A stretch of 64,000 nt of DNA from contig CAWELD010000003.1 of assembly GCA_963809895.1 (NCBI GenBank), positions 2,272,001-2,336,000 on the forward strand, in the 5' to 3' direction. The notes under the pieces were generated by a model. It did no database searches and was not told the origin of the DNA. It worked only from the letters and a program-made list of their open reading frames with translations. Shown here piece after piece: positions 38,140-48,270 of the stretch. This stretch comes from an uncultured Gemmatimonadales bacterium (GTDB lineage Bacteria; Gemmatimonadota; Gemmatimonadetes; Longimicrobiales; Gaopeijiaceae). Numbering within the stretch: position 1 is the first letter of the stretch; each line of letters starts with the position of its first letter. The translations under genes were made by a program, and so were the position numbers.

Positions 38140-39417
38140 TCAGCCGCAGGTGGACTGACTCGGTTCCGGCGGCGGGCTGTCCGCCGTAGGGTCTCCGACG
38201 AGCCCGAGAAAGAGGATCGTGCCCGACAGCCGCTCACGGAGGGCGAAGACGAAGGGTCGGTCCACGATCAGCCCGAGGAACGACGTCACTCTGGTGCCCA
38301 CGGCGGTGGCAGCCGCCGCACGGGTGCCCGCCTCGTCCACCTCGATGAAGGTCTTCTGGCGCACGAAGTCGATGCAGAGCCGATCACCCGCGGGTGACAT
38401 GCCGGTGAAGTCCGCCTGGCCCGTGAACGCCACGCCCATTCCCATGTCCCGCAGCGCGTCGTTCAGATACGTGTCGAACGTGAGCTCGAAGCGCGGCAGC
38501 GCCAGCTCGTCGACCTCCGTAGTGTGGAGCGAGCCCAGAACCTCGGACCATCTGGCCTCGTCCAGCCCCGCCGCGAAGTCCGCCGCAGTGGCCGGATCGT
38601 TCGGCACCACCACGAGCATGGCGTACGCCCCACCGCCGTACGGCAACTCGGCGGCCTGATAGCCGGGGCCGTCACCGAGCCCGATGTCGGCATTCTGCAA
38701 CGACATCATGTCGACGCTCACCGTGGAGCCGTCGGCCCGATGGAAGGCCTGCTGGCGGGTGTCGTCCGGATCGAAGCGCTCCGTCCAACGGCCGTCGAAG
38801 TAGATGGCGTTCAGCAGCACCATCACCTGATCCTGGTCGAGGTCGTCCAGGATCCGGGGGATGTAGCCCCCGGTGTGCTCGTCGACCCAGTCGTTGATGT
38901 CCACCAGCGTCTGGGGGTCGCCGAAGTCGGCGGATTCGGCTTCCGCGTCGAAGGCGCCACCCACCGTCTCGAAGAAGCTGTCGTGAAAGACGAAGTCCTC
39001 GTTGGCCCACAGCGCGTTGGCGATGCGGAAGTCCACTTCGGGATCGAGCCCGCGCAAGAGATCGATGAGCCCCCGGTACGAGGTGTTGATCTCCTCCTGC
39101 GACAGACCCTCGAAGCCCAGGGCCGCGCGCATGGCGGTGAAGGTCTCCCCGGCCGCGCCGTTGAGGGTCATGCCCAGCGCCATGGAAGCGCTCAGGGGCG
39201 AGAGCACCACGTTGGGTCGCCCGTCGCTGGCCACCACGCGGCGCAAGAGCTCGAGGCCGAAGCCGTTGGAACGCGCCAGGAGCTCGCTCTCGGCCGCGGT
39301 CAGCGGTCGGGGAAGCTCGTCGATGGGCTCCGAGCCGGGGCCGGTGGCATCGCCACAGGCGCTTGCGAGGATCGAGAGCGCGGCCACGGCGGCCGCGGCG
39401 AGGGCATGACGTGACAC
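38140..39417 (-). CDS. Serpin family lipoprotein
   Basis: Lipobox ASAC; SPLSASMALGM, NAIYFDGRW, EVDEAGTRAAAAT and DRPFVFAL. GTG start after GGAGG. Confidence 0.92.
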   Translation of the reverse strand: MSRHALAAAAVAALSILASACGDATGPGSEPIDELPRPLTAAESELLARSNGFGLELLRRVVASDGRPNVVLSPLSASMALGMTLNGAAGETFTAMRAALGFEGLSQEEINTSYRGLIDLLRGLDPEVDFRIANALWANEDFVFHDSFFETVGGAFDAEAESADFGDPQTLVDINDWVDEHTGGYIPRILDDLDQDQVMVLLNAIYFDGRWTERFDPDDTRQQAFHRADGSTVSVDMMSLQNADIGLGDGPGYQAAELPYGGGAYAMLVVVPNDPATAADFAAGLDEARWSEVLGSLHTTEVDELALPRFELTFDTYLNDALRDMGMGVAFTGQADFTGMSPAGDRLCIDFVRQKTFIEVDEAGTRAAAATAVGTRVTSFLGLIVDRPFVFALRERLSGTILFLGLVGDPTADSPPPEPSQSTCG

Positions 39418-39510
39418 GGAATCCTCCCTGCGAGGGACGAGCGCTGTCGAAGTGGGAACGATCGAGCCGCCGCCCCGGTGACGGTGCGACGGTCGCGTGC
39501 CCATCCAGCG

Positions 39511-40257
39511 TCAGCGCCTCGGAGGCCTGGTCGGGCGCATCTCCACGCGGCTCACCAGGGCGCCCGTGGGATAGGTCAGAAGGTGGAGCACCGCACGCCC
39601 CACGTCGTCGGCGGCCAGGGCCCACGTCCGGCCACCGTCGTGGGTACCGAACGAGGTGTCCACGCTGCCCGGCATGATGATGGCGGTGCGGATACCCTCG
39701 TAGCGCAAGTCGATCATCATGGCCTCGGTCATGCCCAGGAGCCCGAACTTGCTGGCATTGTACCCCGACCCTCCACCGAAGCTGTTGCGGCTCGCCAGCG
39801 ACCCGATGTTGACGATCCAGGCGTCCCCTTCTCCACCGGCGCCGGCCTTCGTGAGGTGGGGGAGGGCGGCCTTGGACATGTGGAAGACGCCGTGGAGGTT
39901 GGTCTCCACCTGGGCGAGCCAGTCCTCGGCGGACATCTCCTGAAAGGGCTTGAAGATGCCGATGCCGGCATTGTTCACCAGGATATCCAGCCGTCCGAAG
40001 CGATCCACCGTGGCATCGACGAGGTCGCGGCAGGAGTCGGGATCGCGGACATCGCAGGCGAAGCCCGCCACGCCGCCGCCCTGCTCACCTCCGGCCTGGC
40101 CCGCCGCGTCCTCGGCGCGGCTCCGATCCCGCGAGGTGAGCGCCACCGAGATGCCGGCGCCGGCCAGGGTCTCGACGACGGCCCGCCCGATTCCCTCCGA
40201 GCCGCCGGTCACCACCGCCACGCGTCCTTTCAGCTCTGTCGCTCCGGTGCTGGTCAT
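39511..40257 (-). CDS. SDR family oxidoreductase
   Basis: TGGSEGIG, LVNNAG and YNASK. Confidence 0.9.
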   Translation of the reverse strand: MTSTGATELKGRVAVVTGGSEGIGRAVVETLAGAGISVALTSRDRSRAEDAAGQAGGEQGGGVAGFACDVRDPDSCRDLVDATVDRFGRLDILVNNAGIGIFKPFQEMSAEDWLAQVETNLHGVFHMSKAALPHLTKAGAGGEGDAWIVNIGSLASRNSFGGGSGYNASKFGLLGMTEAMMIDLRYEGIRTAIIMPGSVDTSFGTHDGGRTWALAADDVGRAVLHLLTYPTGALVSRVEMRPTRPPRR

Positions 40258-40399
40258 GGTGCATCGCACTCCTGATCGTCGGATCGTACACTGAGGGGGC
40301 CGCGTCGGGAACGCCGACGCAGTCCGTCGGTACGCAACCCCGTCGGGGCCAGGCAGTTCCGGGGCTCCGGCGCCCATTCCACGACACGGGAGTCCTGAT

Positions 40400-41122
40400 T
40401 TGCGGCGAGTCGCGCTGGTCACCGGGGGAGCCGTTCGGGTGGGCCGCGCCATCACCCTGGGGCTGGCCGATGCCGGCTACGACGTGGTGGTCCACTACCA
40501 CGCCTCCGCCGCGCCGGCGCGAGAAGTGTGCCGGGAGGTGGAGGCGCTGGGGCGCCGCGCGGTGGCGGTGCAGGGCGACCTAGCAGGCAGCGAGGGGGCG
40601 GAAGCGGTGGTCCGGGCCGCCGCCGAGGCCTACGGGAGGCTGGATCTACTGGTGAACAGCGCAGCCTCGTTCGAGTCGCGTCCACTCCTGGACGTGGACG
40701 AAGCGGAGTGGGATCGGGTGATGGCGCTGAACCTCAAGGGGCCGTTCCTGCTGGTGAAGGCGGCGGCCACGCTCCTGCGCGAGGCCCGGGGCTCGGTGGT
40801 GAACATCCTGGATCTGTCGGCCTTCCAGCCGTGGGTCGACTACCCCCACCATGCGGTCTCCAAGGCCGGCCTGCTCCACCTCACGCGGATTCTGGCGCGG
40901 GTCCTGGCCCCGCACGTGCGGGTCAACGGCATCGCGCCGGGCACGGTCCTGCCGCCGGAGGAGTTCGACGACGCCCAGCGGGAGCGGGAGAAGGAGCGCA
41001 CGCTGGTCGGGGAGCTGGGCACACCGCAGGACGTGGTCCGCACCGTACTCTTCCTCACCGCCTCACCCTTCATCACCGGAGAGGTCGTGGTGGTGGACGG
41101 AGGGCGCCGGCTGAACGGCTGA
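40400..41122 (+). CDS. SDR oxidoreductase, pteridine reductase-like
   Basis: TGGAVRVG (Arg in the Gly-rich loop), VHYHAS, VNILD and VNGIAPG; HAVSK in place of YxxxK. Confidence 0.8.
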   Translation: MRRVALVTGGAVRVGRAITLGLADAGYDVVVHYHASAAPAREVCREVEALGRRAVAVQGDLAGSEGAEAVVRAAAEAYGRLDLLVNSAASFESRPLLDVDEAEWDRVMALNLKGPFLLVKAAATLLREARGSVVNILDLSAFQPWVDYPHHAVSKAGLLHLTRILARVLAPHVRVNGIAPGTVLPPEEFDDAQREREKERTLVGELGTPQDVVRTVLFLTASPFITGEVVVVDGGRRLNG

Positions 41123-41136
41123 CGCCTCGCCCCACC

Positions 41137-42144
41137 TCATCCGGCGGAGGCCGCCGCCGCTTCCGGAGCCTCCAGATCCATGCCCCCGTGGGCGAGCCAG
41201 CGCTCGGCTTCCAGAGCCGCCATGCATCCGCTGCCCGCCGCCGTCACGGCCTGCCGGTAGTAGTCGTCCATCACGTCGCCCGCGGCGAACACGCCCGGCA
41301 CCGACGTGGCCGTGCGCCAGCTCTCGGCCGGACGCACGTACCCGTTCTCCTTGAGCTCGATCTGGCCGTCGAGGAACTCGGTGTTGGGCTGGTGACCGAT
41401 GGCCACGAACAGCCCCCCCACCGACATCTCCTCTTCCCGGCCGGTCTTCACGTTGCGGATGCGCAGCCCACGGATCTCCTCGTCACCGAGCACCTCCGTG
41501 ACCACGGTGTCCCACAACACGCGGATCTTCGGCGACGCCAGCGCGCGCTCGGCCATGATGGGCGACGCGCGCAGCTCGTCGCGGCGATGGATGACCACCA
41601 CCTCCGCGGCGAAGCTGGTGAGGTAGAGAGCCTCCTCCATGGCGGTGTCACCTCCACCCACCACGGCCAGCGTCTTGTTCCGATAGAAGGGCAGAGCGCC
41701 ATCGCACACCGCGCACGCCGACACCCCGCCACCGGTACGGGCCAGGCGCTCCTCGCCGGGGACGCCGATCCACTTGGCGTTGGCTCCGGTGGCCACGATG
41801 ACCGCGTCTGCCTCGATCTCCTTGCCGGTGCTGGAATAGAGCCGCCGGGGATAGACGGAGAAGTCCACCCGCTCGATGTCCTCGGTGAAGATGCGGGTGC
41901 CGAAGCGCTCCGCCTGTTGCCGGAACGCCATCATCATCTCGGGCCCCGTCACGCCGTCGGGGAAGCCCGGATAGTTCTCCACGTCCGTGGTGAACATGAG
42001 CTGCCCACCCGGGATCATGGTGCGACTCCCGGCGCCCTCGAAGACCACGGGGTCGAGATTGGCGCGCGCGGCGTACAGCGCCGCGGTCCATCCCGCGGGG
42101 CCCGAGCCCACGATGACGACCTTCTCTCTCATGACGTCCGACAT
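41137..42144 (-). CDS. trxB: Thioredoxin-disulfide reductase
   Basis: [39 protein letters not shown] and [11 protein letters not shown]. Confidence 0.95.
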   Translation of the reverse strand: MSDVMREKVVIVGSGPAGWTAALYAARANLDPVVFEGAGSRTMIPGGQLMFTTDVENYPGFPDGVTGPEMMMAFRQQAERFGTRIFTEDIERVDFSVYPRRLYSSTGKEIEADAVIVATGANAKWIGVPGEERLARTGGGVSACAVCDGALPFYRNKTLAVVGGGDTAMEEALYLTSFAAEVVVIHRRDELRASPIMAERALASPKIRVLWDTVVTEVLGDEEIRGLRIRNVKTGREEEMSVGGLFVAIGHQPNTEFLDGQIELKENGYVRPAESWRTATSVPGVFAAGDVMDDYYRQAVTAAGSGCMAALEAERWLAHGGMDLEAPEAAAASAG

Positions 42145-42181
42145 GTTCGTCCTCCAGAGCGTCCGCCGCGGGGCGGGCGCG

Positions 42182-43186
42182 TCACTTGTCCTTGAATACC
42201 GCGAGGCTGGTGGAGTGGCCGGGGTTCACGCGCGCATCGGGGTTCACGAAATGCACCGCGTTGTTCACCGCGATGCAGGCCTCCGCGAAACCGGTGGCGA
42301 TGAGGTCCAGCTTGCCCTCGTAGTCCACGATGTCGCCGGCGGCGTAGATCCCCGGCACGTTGGTCTCCATGAGCTGATCCACCACGAGCCGGTTCTTGTT
42401 GAGCTCGAGCCCCCAACGCTTGATGGGGCCCAGATCGGGCTTGAAGCCCAGGAAGGTCAGGACCGCGTCGACCTCCAACACCGTCTCCTCGTCGGTCCTG
42501 TTGTCGAATACGGTCACCGACTCCACGGTTCCATTCCCGTGGATCTCGCGCACCTCGTGGTAGGTGAGGAGCTCCATCTCACCCGCGGCGCACGCTGCAT
42601 CCATCTGCGTGACCGAGGCCTCGTGGGCGCGAAAGCCCTCGCGGCGATGCACGAGGACCACCCGGCTGCAGTGGGCCTTGAGGATGAGGGCCCAGTCCAG
42701 GGCCGAATCGCCCCCACCCACGATGAGGACCCGCTTGTCGCGGAAATCCTCCGGATTCTTGACGGCGTAGTTCACGCCACGGTGCAGATGCTCCCGGTAT
42801 CCCGGCACGTCCAGATGGCGGGGCTCGAAGGCTCCCTTGCCCCCGGCGACCACCAGGGCACGAGTGGGATACGCCCCCCCGCGGGCCCGCAGCACGAAGT
42901 GGTCGTCGGCCCGCTCCACCTCTCGCACTTCTTCGTCCAGGACGACCTCGGGATCGAACTGCATGGCCTGCTCCGTGAGGCCACGCGCCAGGTCCTTGGC
43001 CAGGATCTTGGGGAATCCGCCCACGTCGAAGATGTACTTCTCCGGGTACAGCGCCGTGAGCTGACCGCCCAGCTCGGGAAGAGAATCGACGATGCGCGTG
43101 GTCATACCGCGCATGCCTGCGTAGAAGGCGGCAAACAGGCCCGTGGGGCCCCCGCCGATGATGGTCACGTCCTTGATATCAGTCAT
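42182..43186 (-). CDS. TrxR-type ferredoxin-NADP+ reductase (YumC-like)
   Basis: [26 protein letters not shown] and C-terminal PGHST; no CxxC. Confidence 0.88.
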   Translation of the reverse strand: MTDIKDVTIIGGGPTGLFAAFYAGMRGMTTRIVDSLPELGGQLTALYPEKYIFDVGGFPKILAKDLARGLTEQAMQFDPEVVLDEEVREVERADDHFVLRARGGAYPTRALVVAGGKGAFEPRHLDVPGYREHLHRGVNYAVKNPEDFRDKRVLIVGGGDSALDWALILKAHCSRVVLVHRREGFRAHEASVTQMDAACAAGEMELLTYHEVREIHGNGTVESVTVFDNRTDEETVLEVDAVLTFLGFKPDLGPIKRWGLELNKNRLVVDQLMETNVPGIYAAGDIVDYEGKLDLIATGFAEACIAVNNAVHFVNPDARVNPGHSTSLAVFKDK

Positions 43187-43246
43187 GGGGTGAAGTCTAA
43201 CCGGCCCGGGGCGAGTGGCAACGCCCGGGACCTGCGAGCGGGAACC

Positions 43247-43696
43247 TCAGAGGGGGACCGGCGCCTCGTCGCCGTCGCCCAGCAGGTCGGACACCCGCGT
43301 GAGCACGCCGCGAGCGTTGTCGTAGCTGATCCGCTCCATCGCGTCCGACAGCGGGAGCCACAGGCAATCGGTGATCCCCTCGGCCACTTCCGGAACGGGC
43401 TCGCCGTCGTTCGACGACATGAGGAAGAACGCGCAGAACTTGTGGACGAGGCGGCCCTGCAGGCGGAAATACCAGTCGATGGTCTCCAACTCCGGCCCCA
43501 GGACCAGGGCCTCCAGCCCCGTCTCTTCCTGGACCTCGCGAAGCGCCGCGTCGGCGGCGGCCTCCCCTTTCTCCAGGTGGCCCTTGGGGAGGCCCCAGTT
43601 TCGGTAGGGGTCACGGATCAGGAGAACATGCACTTCGCCGGCGATGCGGCGCACCACCACTCCCCCGGCGCTGCGCTCGATGCGAGCCCGGCTCAC
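43247..43696 (-). CDS. NUDIX hydrolase
   Basis: SAGGVV, WGLPKG and Nudix box GHLEKGEAAADAALREVQEETGL. Start 43696 or 43717. Confidence 0.88.
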   Translation of the reverse strand: MSRARIERSAGGVVVRRIAGEVHVLLIRDPYRNWGLPKGHLEKGEAAADAALREVQEETGLEALVLGPELETIDWYFRLQGRLVHKFCAFFLMSSNDGEPVPEVAEGITDCLWLPLSDAMERISYDNARGVLTRVSDLLGDGDEAPVPL

Positions 43697-43755
43697 GCGT
43701 GCCCGCTCCCGAGGCACGAGGTCGCATGGGGGAGGCCACTCATCCGGAATCGGCG

Positions 43756-44763
43756 TCAGAAGATGGACAGGCGCACGTAGCGCTTCGGATTCTCTCGCAG
43801 GTCGGCCAGCAACAGGTCCAACTGCCGCAGGACGGCGCCGGCACGACTCACCAGCACCGTGTCGGCGAACAGCTGACCGATGGCACCCTCGCCCCGGCTC
43901 ACCCTCGCCGTCAAGCGGTCGATACGCGCGAAGGCCGAATCCGCGCGGCGCAGGGTCTGGTCGAACTCGTCGGTGGACTGGGCCACCTGCCCGGCAATGC
44001 TGGACAGCGTGCCCGTGGCGGTGCGCACGTTCACCAGGATGGAATCCACCTCGCCCGACGCCAGGATGCGGTCGGCGTGCTGCAGCGCCGAGCGCCCCAC
44101 TTCGGCGGCCCCGCCGATCTCGGTGGCCGCCCGCTCCACCTGGGCGCTCACGTTGGCGAAGGTCGACGCCTGCTGGCCCACCAGATCACGCAGATTCTCG
44201 CTGACCTGCTGGATGTTGTCGATGGCCTGGCGGAAGTTGTCGGCCGTGGAGTCGTTGAACGCGCGGTCGACGCGATTGGTGAGCACGGCGAGGTTCTGGC
44301 TGATCTCGTTCGCCGTGGCGGTGAGGCGGGAGATGTCCGGAATGGCGAAGCCACCCACCACCCGCACGCCCTCCTCCTTCAAGCGTGAGGGCACGACGAA
44401 GTAGTCGAAGGTGGGAAAACGGGCGCGAGACACGATCTCGGTCTGCCACTCCCCGAACAGGGACTCCGGCGCCACGATGGCGACGGCGTCGGTGGGCAGC
44501 TCCATGTCGTTCTCGAGGCGCAGTCGGATGCGCACCGCCTCACCGTCGGGCACCACCTCGAACGACTCCACGCGGCCGATCTGCACGCCACGGAACTTGA
44601 CCGCGTTGCCCTCCCGCAGCTGGCCCACGTCCTGGACCAGCACGTCGATGGGAACGGCCGGCCGGCCGAAGTTGATCCCCTTGAGCCAGAGGGTGCCCAC
44701 CGCCGTCACGGCGATCCCTGCCAGGATCACGGCTCCCACCAGCACTTCTTTGCCTCGATTCAC
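43756..44763 (-). CDS. mlaD: MlaD/MCE family protein
   Basis: N-terminal TM, VKFRGVQIGRV, helical tail ending DLRENPKRYVRLSIF. Confidence 0.88.
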   Translation of the reverse strand: MNRGKEVLVGAVILAGIAVTAVGTLWLKGINFGRPAVPIDVLVQDVGQLREGNAVKFRGVQIGRVESFEVVPDGEAVRIRLRLENDMELPTDAVAIVAPESLFGEWQTEIVSRARFPTFDYFVVPSRLKEEGVRVVGGFAIPDISRLTATANEISQNLAVLTNRVDRAFNDSTADNFRQAIDNIQQVSENLRDLVGQQASTFANVSAQVERAATEIGGAAEVGRSALQHADRILASGEVDSILVNVRTATGTLSSIAGQVAQSTDEFDQTLRRADSAFARIDRLTARVSRGEGAIGQLFADTVLVSRAGAVLRQLDLLLADLRENPKRYVRLSIF

Positions 44764-45509
44764 GTCGCCTCCTCCCAGAGCTCCGGCTTTCCCTCGATGA
44801 AACCCTGGACCACCGGATCGTCCGAGTCCTGAATCTCCCGGGGCGTGCCGACGGCGCGCACCCGTCCCTTGTACAGCATGGCGATCCTGTCCGAGATACG
44901 ATACGCGCTGTCGAGATCGTGGGTGATGACGAGACTGGTGACGCCGAGCTCGTCGCGCATGCGCAGCACGAGCCGGTCGATGACCGTCACCGTGACCGGG
45001 TCCAGGCCCGTGGTCGGCTCGTCGTAGAGCAGGTAGCGTGGCCTCAGGGCGACGGCACGCGCCACCCCCGCCCGCTTCTTCATTCCACCCGACAGCTCGA
45101 TGGGATAACGCTCCTCCACACCCTCCAGGTCCACGAGCTCGAGCGATTCCCGCACCCGCTCGCGAATGTCGGCGTCGGACATGTCGGGAATGCGGCGCAG
45201 GCCCATGGCCACGTTTTCGCCGATGGTCATGGAGTCGAACAGCGCCGCGAACTGGAAGACGTAGCCCACCTTGCGGCGCAGCTCGTAGAGCGCGTCGGTG
45301 GCGAGCCCGCCGACCTCCTCGTCGTCCACCCACACCTCTCCCGCATCGGGCTGCACCAAACGGATGATGGACTTGAGCGTCGTGGACTTGCCCGAGCCCG
45401 ACGAGCCGATGACGGACACGACCTCACCCTCCTCCACCTCGAGGTCGAACCCGTCCAGGACGACCTGGCCGTCGAAGGCCTTCTCGAGGCCGCGGATGCG
45501 GATGCTCAC
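44760..45509 (-). CDS. mlaF: MlaF-type ABC ATP-binding protein
   Basis: GSSGSGKST, FQFAALFDSMT, LSGGMKKR and YDEPTTGLDP. Confidence 0.9.
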   Translation of the reverse strand: MSIRIRGLEKAFDGQVVLDGFDLEVEEGEVVSVIGSSGSGKSTTLKSIIRLVQPDAGEVWVDDEEVGGLATDALYELRRKVGYVFQFAALFDSMTIGENVAMGLRRIPDMSDADIRERVRESLELVDLEGVEERYPIELSGGMKKRAGVARAVALRPRYLLYDEPTTGLDPVTVTVIDRLVLRMRDELGVTSLVITHDLDSAYRISDRIAMLYKGRVRAVGTPREIQDSDDPVVQGFIEGKPELWEEAT

Positions 45510-46288
45510 AGGAGTGCCGCCGCCCAGAAGGCGTCCAGCACCAGGATCACCATGCTCGACACCACCACCGCGCGCGTGGTGGCACGACCCACACCCTGGG
45601 CACCGCCGGTGCAGGTGAAGCCGAAGAAGGCCCCCAGACCCGTGACGGTGAGGCCGAAGCTGGCAGCCTTGATGAGGGCGAACTCCACGTCGAACGGGCG
45701 GAAGAAGAGGCGCAGTCCCCGCACGAACTCGGGTGTCGACAGATCCAGGAGCGACAGCGAGGTGGCCCATCCCGCCACGATGCCCATGGCCATGGCCAGC
45801 GCCACCACCACCGGGAACATGACCAGACCCGCCAGGACCCGCGGCACCACCAGGTACGCCACGGGATCGTAGGCCAGCGACTCCAGGGCATCGATCTGCT
45901 CGGTGACACGCATGGTACCGAGCTCGGCGGCGATGTTGGCCCCGACCCTGCCCGACAGGGACAGCCCGGTCAGGACCGGGCCCAGCTCCAGAAGGATGGT
46001 CTTGCCCACGAGGGCGCCCACGAAGTACAGCGGCACGGTGCCGGTGAAGGTGTAGGAGGCCTGGATGGCCAGCACGATGCCCGTGAAGGTGGCGATGAAG
46101 AGCGCGATGGGCACAGAGGCGACCCCGACGGTGGCCATCTGGGGCACGAACAGAGGGAGCCAGATGTCCAGCTTGCGAAGTGCTCGCGCCGCACCCAGGG
46201 CCAGATAGCCGCCACGCCCCACCGAGCCCACCACGCCCAGGGCGAGGCGTCCGACGTATCCGGCCGATCCGAGGAGCACGCGCTTCAT
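45506..46288 (-). CDS. mlaE: MlaE-type ABC permease
   Basis: ELGPVLTGL and AAELGTMRVTEQIDAL. Confidence 0.92.
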   Translation of the reverse strand: MKRVLLGSAGYVGRLALGVVGSVGRGGYLALGAARALRKLDIWLPLFVPQMATVGVASVPIALFIATFTGIVLAIQASYTFTGTVPLYFVGALVGKTILLELGPVLTGLSLSGRVGANIAAELGTMRVTEQIDALESLAYDPVAYLVVPRVLAGLVMFPVVVALAMAMGIVAGWATSLSLLDLSTPEFVRGLRLFFRPFDVEFALIKAASFGLTVTGLGAFFGFTCTGGAQGVGRATTRAVVVSSMVILVLDAFWAAALL

Positions 46289-46429
46289 GGCCGCACCTAT
46301 CAGGTCGTCGAGGGATGGGGCCGAGACTCCCCGGGCCCCGGGGTGGAGGGGTCGTGCGAGGCTACACCGGCGCCCACCGGCGGATCCGTCCAGAATGCCA
46401 CCGGGAGCGCGGGGTGCTCGAGCGCCGGG

Positions 46430-46786
46430 TCAGCGGTGGTGGACGGGCAACGCCCCCTCCACCGTGAACTCCACCTCCTCCTCTCCACCCTCCGGAGACG
46501 GCACCCGGCACGCCAGTCGGAACCGGGTGGTGCTGGACCCTGGATCGATGACCGCGACTTCCACGTCCAATCCCTGCTCGACCGACACGATGCGGGTGCG
46601 GACGCGATCTCCCGGCTCGGCTTCGCGGCGGTCCAGGGGATTCTTGAACAGGGTCTTGGTGCTCTGCCGCCCCGATTCCAGGGTGCGTGTCACCTTCACG
46701 AACCGGAGCCAGTCCGGCTGATAGCTAATGTCGTACTGGTGTCCGCGTTGATCGACGCCGGACCCGTCGCGGTTGTGCCGCGCCAT
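46430..46786 (-). CDS. Hypothetical protein
   Basis: GGAGGT RBS before MARHNRDG...; beta-rich, coding-like composition. Confidence 0.6.
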   Translation of the reverse strand: MARHNRDGSGVDQRGHQYDISYQPDWLRFVKVTRTLESGRQSTKTLFKNPLDRREAEPGDRVRTRIVSVEQGLDVEVAVIDPGSSTTRFRLACRVPSPEGGEEEVEFTVEGALPVHHR

Positions 46787-46945
46787 CACGACCTCCACGT
46801 GGCGGGCCAATTTACGCAAAATTCACCTTGAACAAATGTCTTTCCATCGCTCGGGAAATGTCAAGTTTCCTGATGTGGCACAACTGAGAATGTGTCTACA
46901 TCACGGGGGATTTCCACCGATGCCGGGTCGCGAAAAGCCGCAGAG

Positions 46946-48058
46946 TCAGAGAGCCAGCGGCACCGGGACAAAGGTGAGAAAAAAGACGATGATCGCCGCC
47001 CAGCCGATCCTCCGTCGCCACCGTCCCGGGGCAGGCGGATCCTGCAGGACCGGCGGATGCTTCATCCTTCCCCGGTTCACACCCCACGCCAACAGCGCCC
47101 ACACCCACCAGCCCCACCAGAGCCATCCCAGCGCCAGGAGCGCCAACAGGACCGGGACACCGACACGTCCCTGACGCTCACCGAACAGGGCATAGGCGAC
47201 GTGGCCTCCGTCGAGTTGACCCAACGGAAGCATGTTGAGCGCGGTGACGAAGAATCCCAACCACCCGGCCAGCGCAACCGGATGCAGCAGGAGGGGCGCG
47301 TGCGGGGAGCCCGGCGCCAGCAGGTCGGCCATGACGCGGGTGAGGGGCCCGGTGCCCAGCCATACGGGCTCTCCGGCGAAACGCACCAGGAACGGCGTCC
47401 ACGGGTTCCCCCACCCCGGGCCGGGCAGCGAATGCCGGAGGCCCCAGGCGAAGAGCGGAACCGAGAGCACGAAGCTGGCCACCGGCCCCGCCACGCCCAC
47501 GTCGAGAAGCACGTCCCTTCGCACCATGGGGCCGCGGATCCGGATGAAGGCCCCCAGCGTTCCGATCAGGGACAGATAGGGCGGAACCGGGAGGAAGTAC
47601 GGCGGCGAGACCGGCACCCCGTGCCGTCGCGCCACCAGGTAGTGACCCATCTCGTGCGCCAGGAGGACGGCCAGGAACGGGAGGGCGAAGGGGGCGCCGC
47701 GCAGCAGGAGCTCCGCATGAAATCCCCTGGGCACGGGCAGGGCCACCGGGCCGACGTAGAGGGGCCGCGCATCGAAGGGATCGACCCCGGCCATGAGCGC
47801 TCCGGCGGCCAGGCAGGTGACCAGGGTGGCCGCGAAGAGGAGCACGTGGAGCCACCACCGCGTCGGAGCACCGCCGGCCTCACGCAGGAGGACCAGGTCC
47901 AGCCCGTCCTCGTCTTCGTGGAGCCAGGAGGATCCCGGCCACTGATCCAGCGCGGACCGAACCTCGGGGGAGTCGGCGCGCAGGCCCTCGTGCAGACGCG
48001 CACGCACGAGCAGAGCGCCGCGGGCCGTGCCTGTCCGCACGTCACGCGCCAACGCCAT
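46946..48058 (-). CDS. Site-2 protease (M50) family intramembrane metalloprotease
   Basis: AHEMGH, GTLGAFI, AGPVA and NMLPLGQLDGGH. Start uncertain. Confidence 0.9.
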   Translation of the reverse strand: MALARDVRTGTARGALLVRARLHEGLRADSPEVRSALDQWPGSSWLHEDEDGLDLVLLREAGGAPTRWWLHVLLFAATLVTCLAAGALMAGVDPFDARPLYVGPVALPVPRGFHAELLLRGAPFALPFLAVLLAHEMGHYLVARRHGVPVSPPYFLPVPPYLSLIGTLGAFIRIRGPMVRRDVLLDVGVAGPVASFVLSVPLFAWGLRHSLPGPGWGNPWTPFLVRFAGEPVWLGTGPLTRVMADLLAPGSPHAPLLLHPVALAGWLGFFVTALNMLPLGQLDGGHVAYALFGERQGRVGVPVLLALLALGWLWWGWWVWALLAWGVNRGRMKHPPVLQDPPAPGRWRRRIGWAAIIVFFLTFVPVPLAL

Positions 48059-48077
48059 CCAGGCGTCGGGATTATTC

Positions 48078-48106
48078 TTGACCCTCTCCGGAGTGGGGGT
48101 TATGAT
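48078..48106 (+). promoter_or_regulatory. Sigma70 promoter of rho
   Basis: TTGACC-17 bp-TATGAT. Confidence 0.75.
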
Positions 48107-48270
48107 CGAGCCGTTCCCTCAGGATTGTCGCGTCGTTTCGCGTTTCTTCCAAGATCCCGCCCGGGATTCGGCAACACCATACGTCGGTCCCGCCCGACGT
48201 GACGCCCGGTCCTCGCACGGACCGCTTCCCTCCTCTCCCGGCAACTCCCCGGCCCCGCAGGAGTTCTCAC

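Noticed and set aside
46300..46488. Possible frameshifted continuation of the 46430..46786 gene
   Set aside because: No slippery site or recognisable motif; insufficient support.
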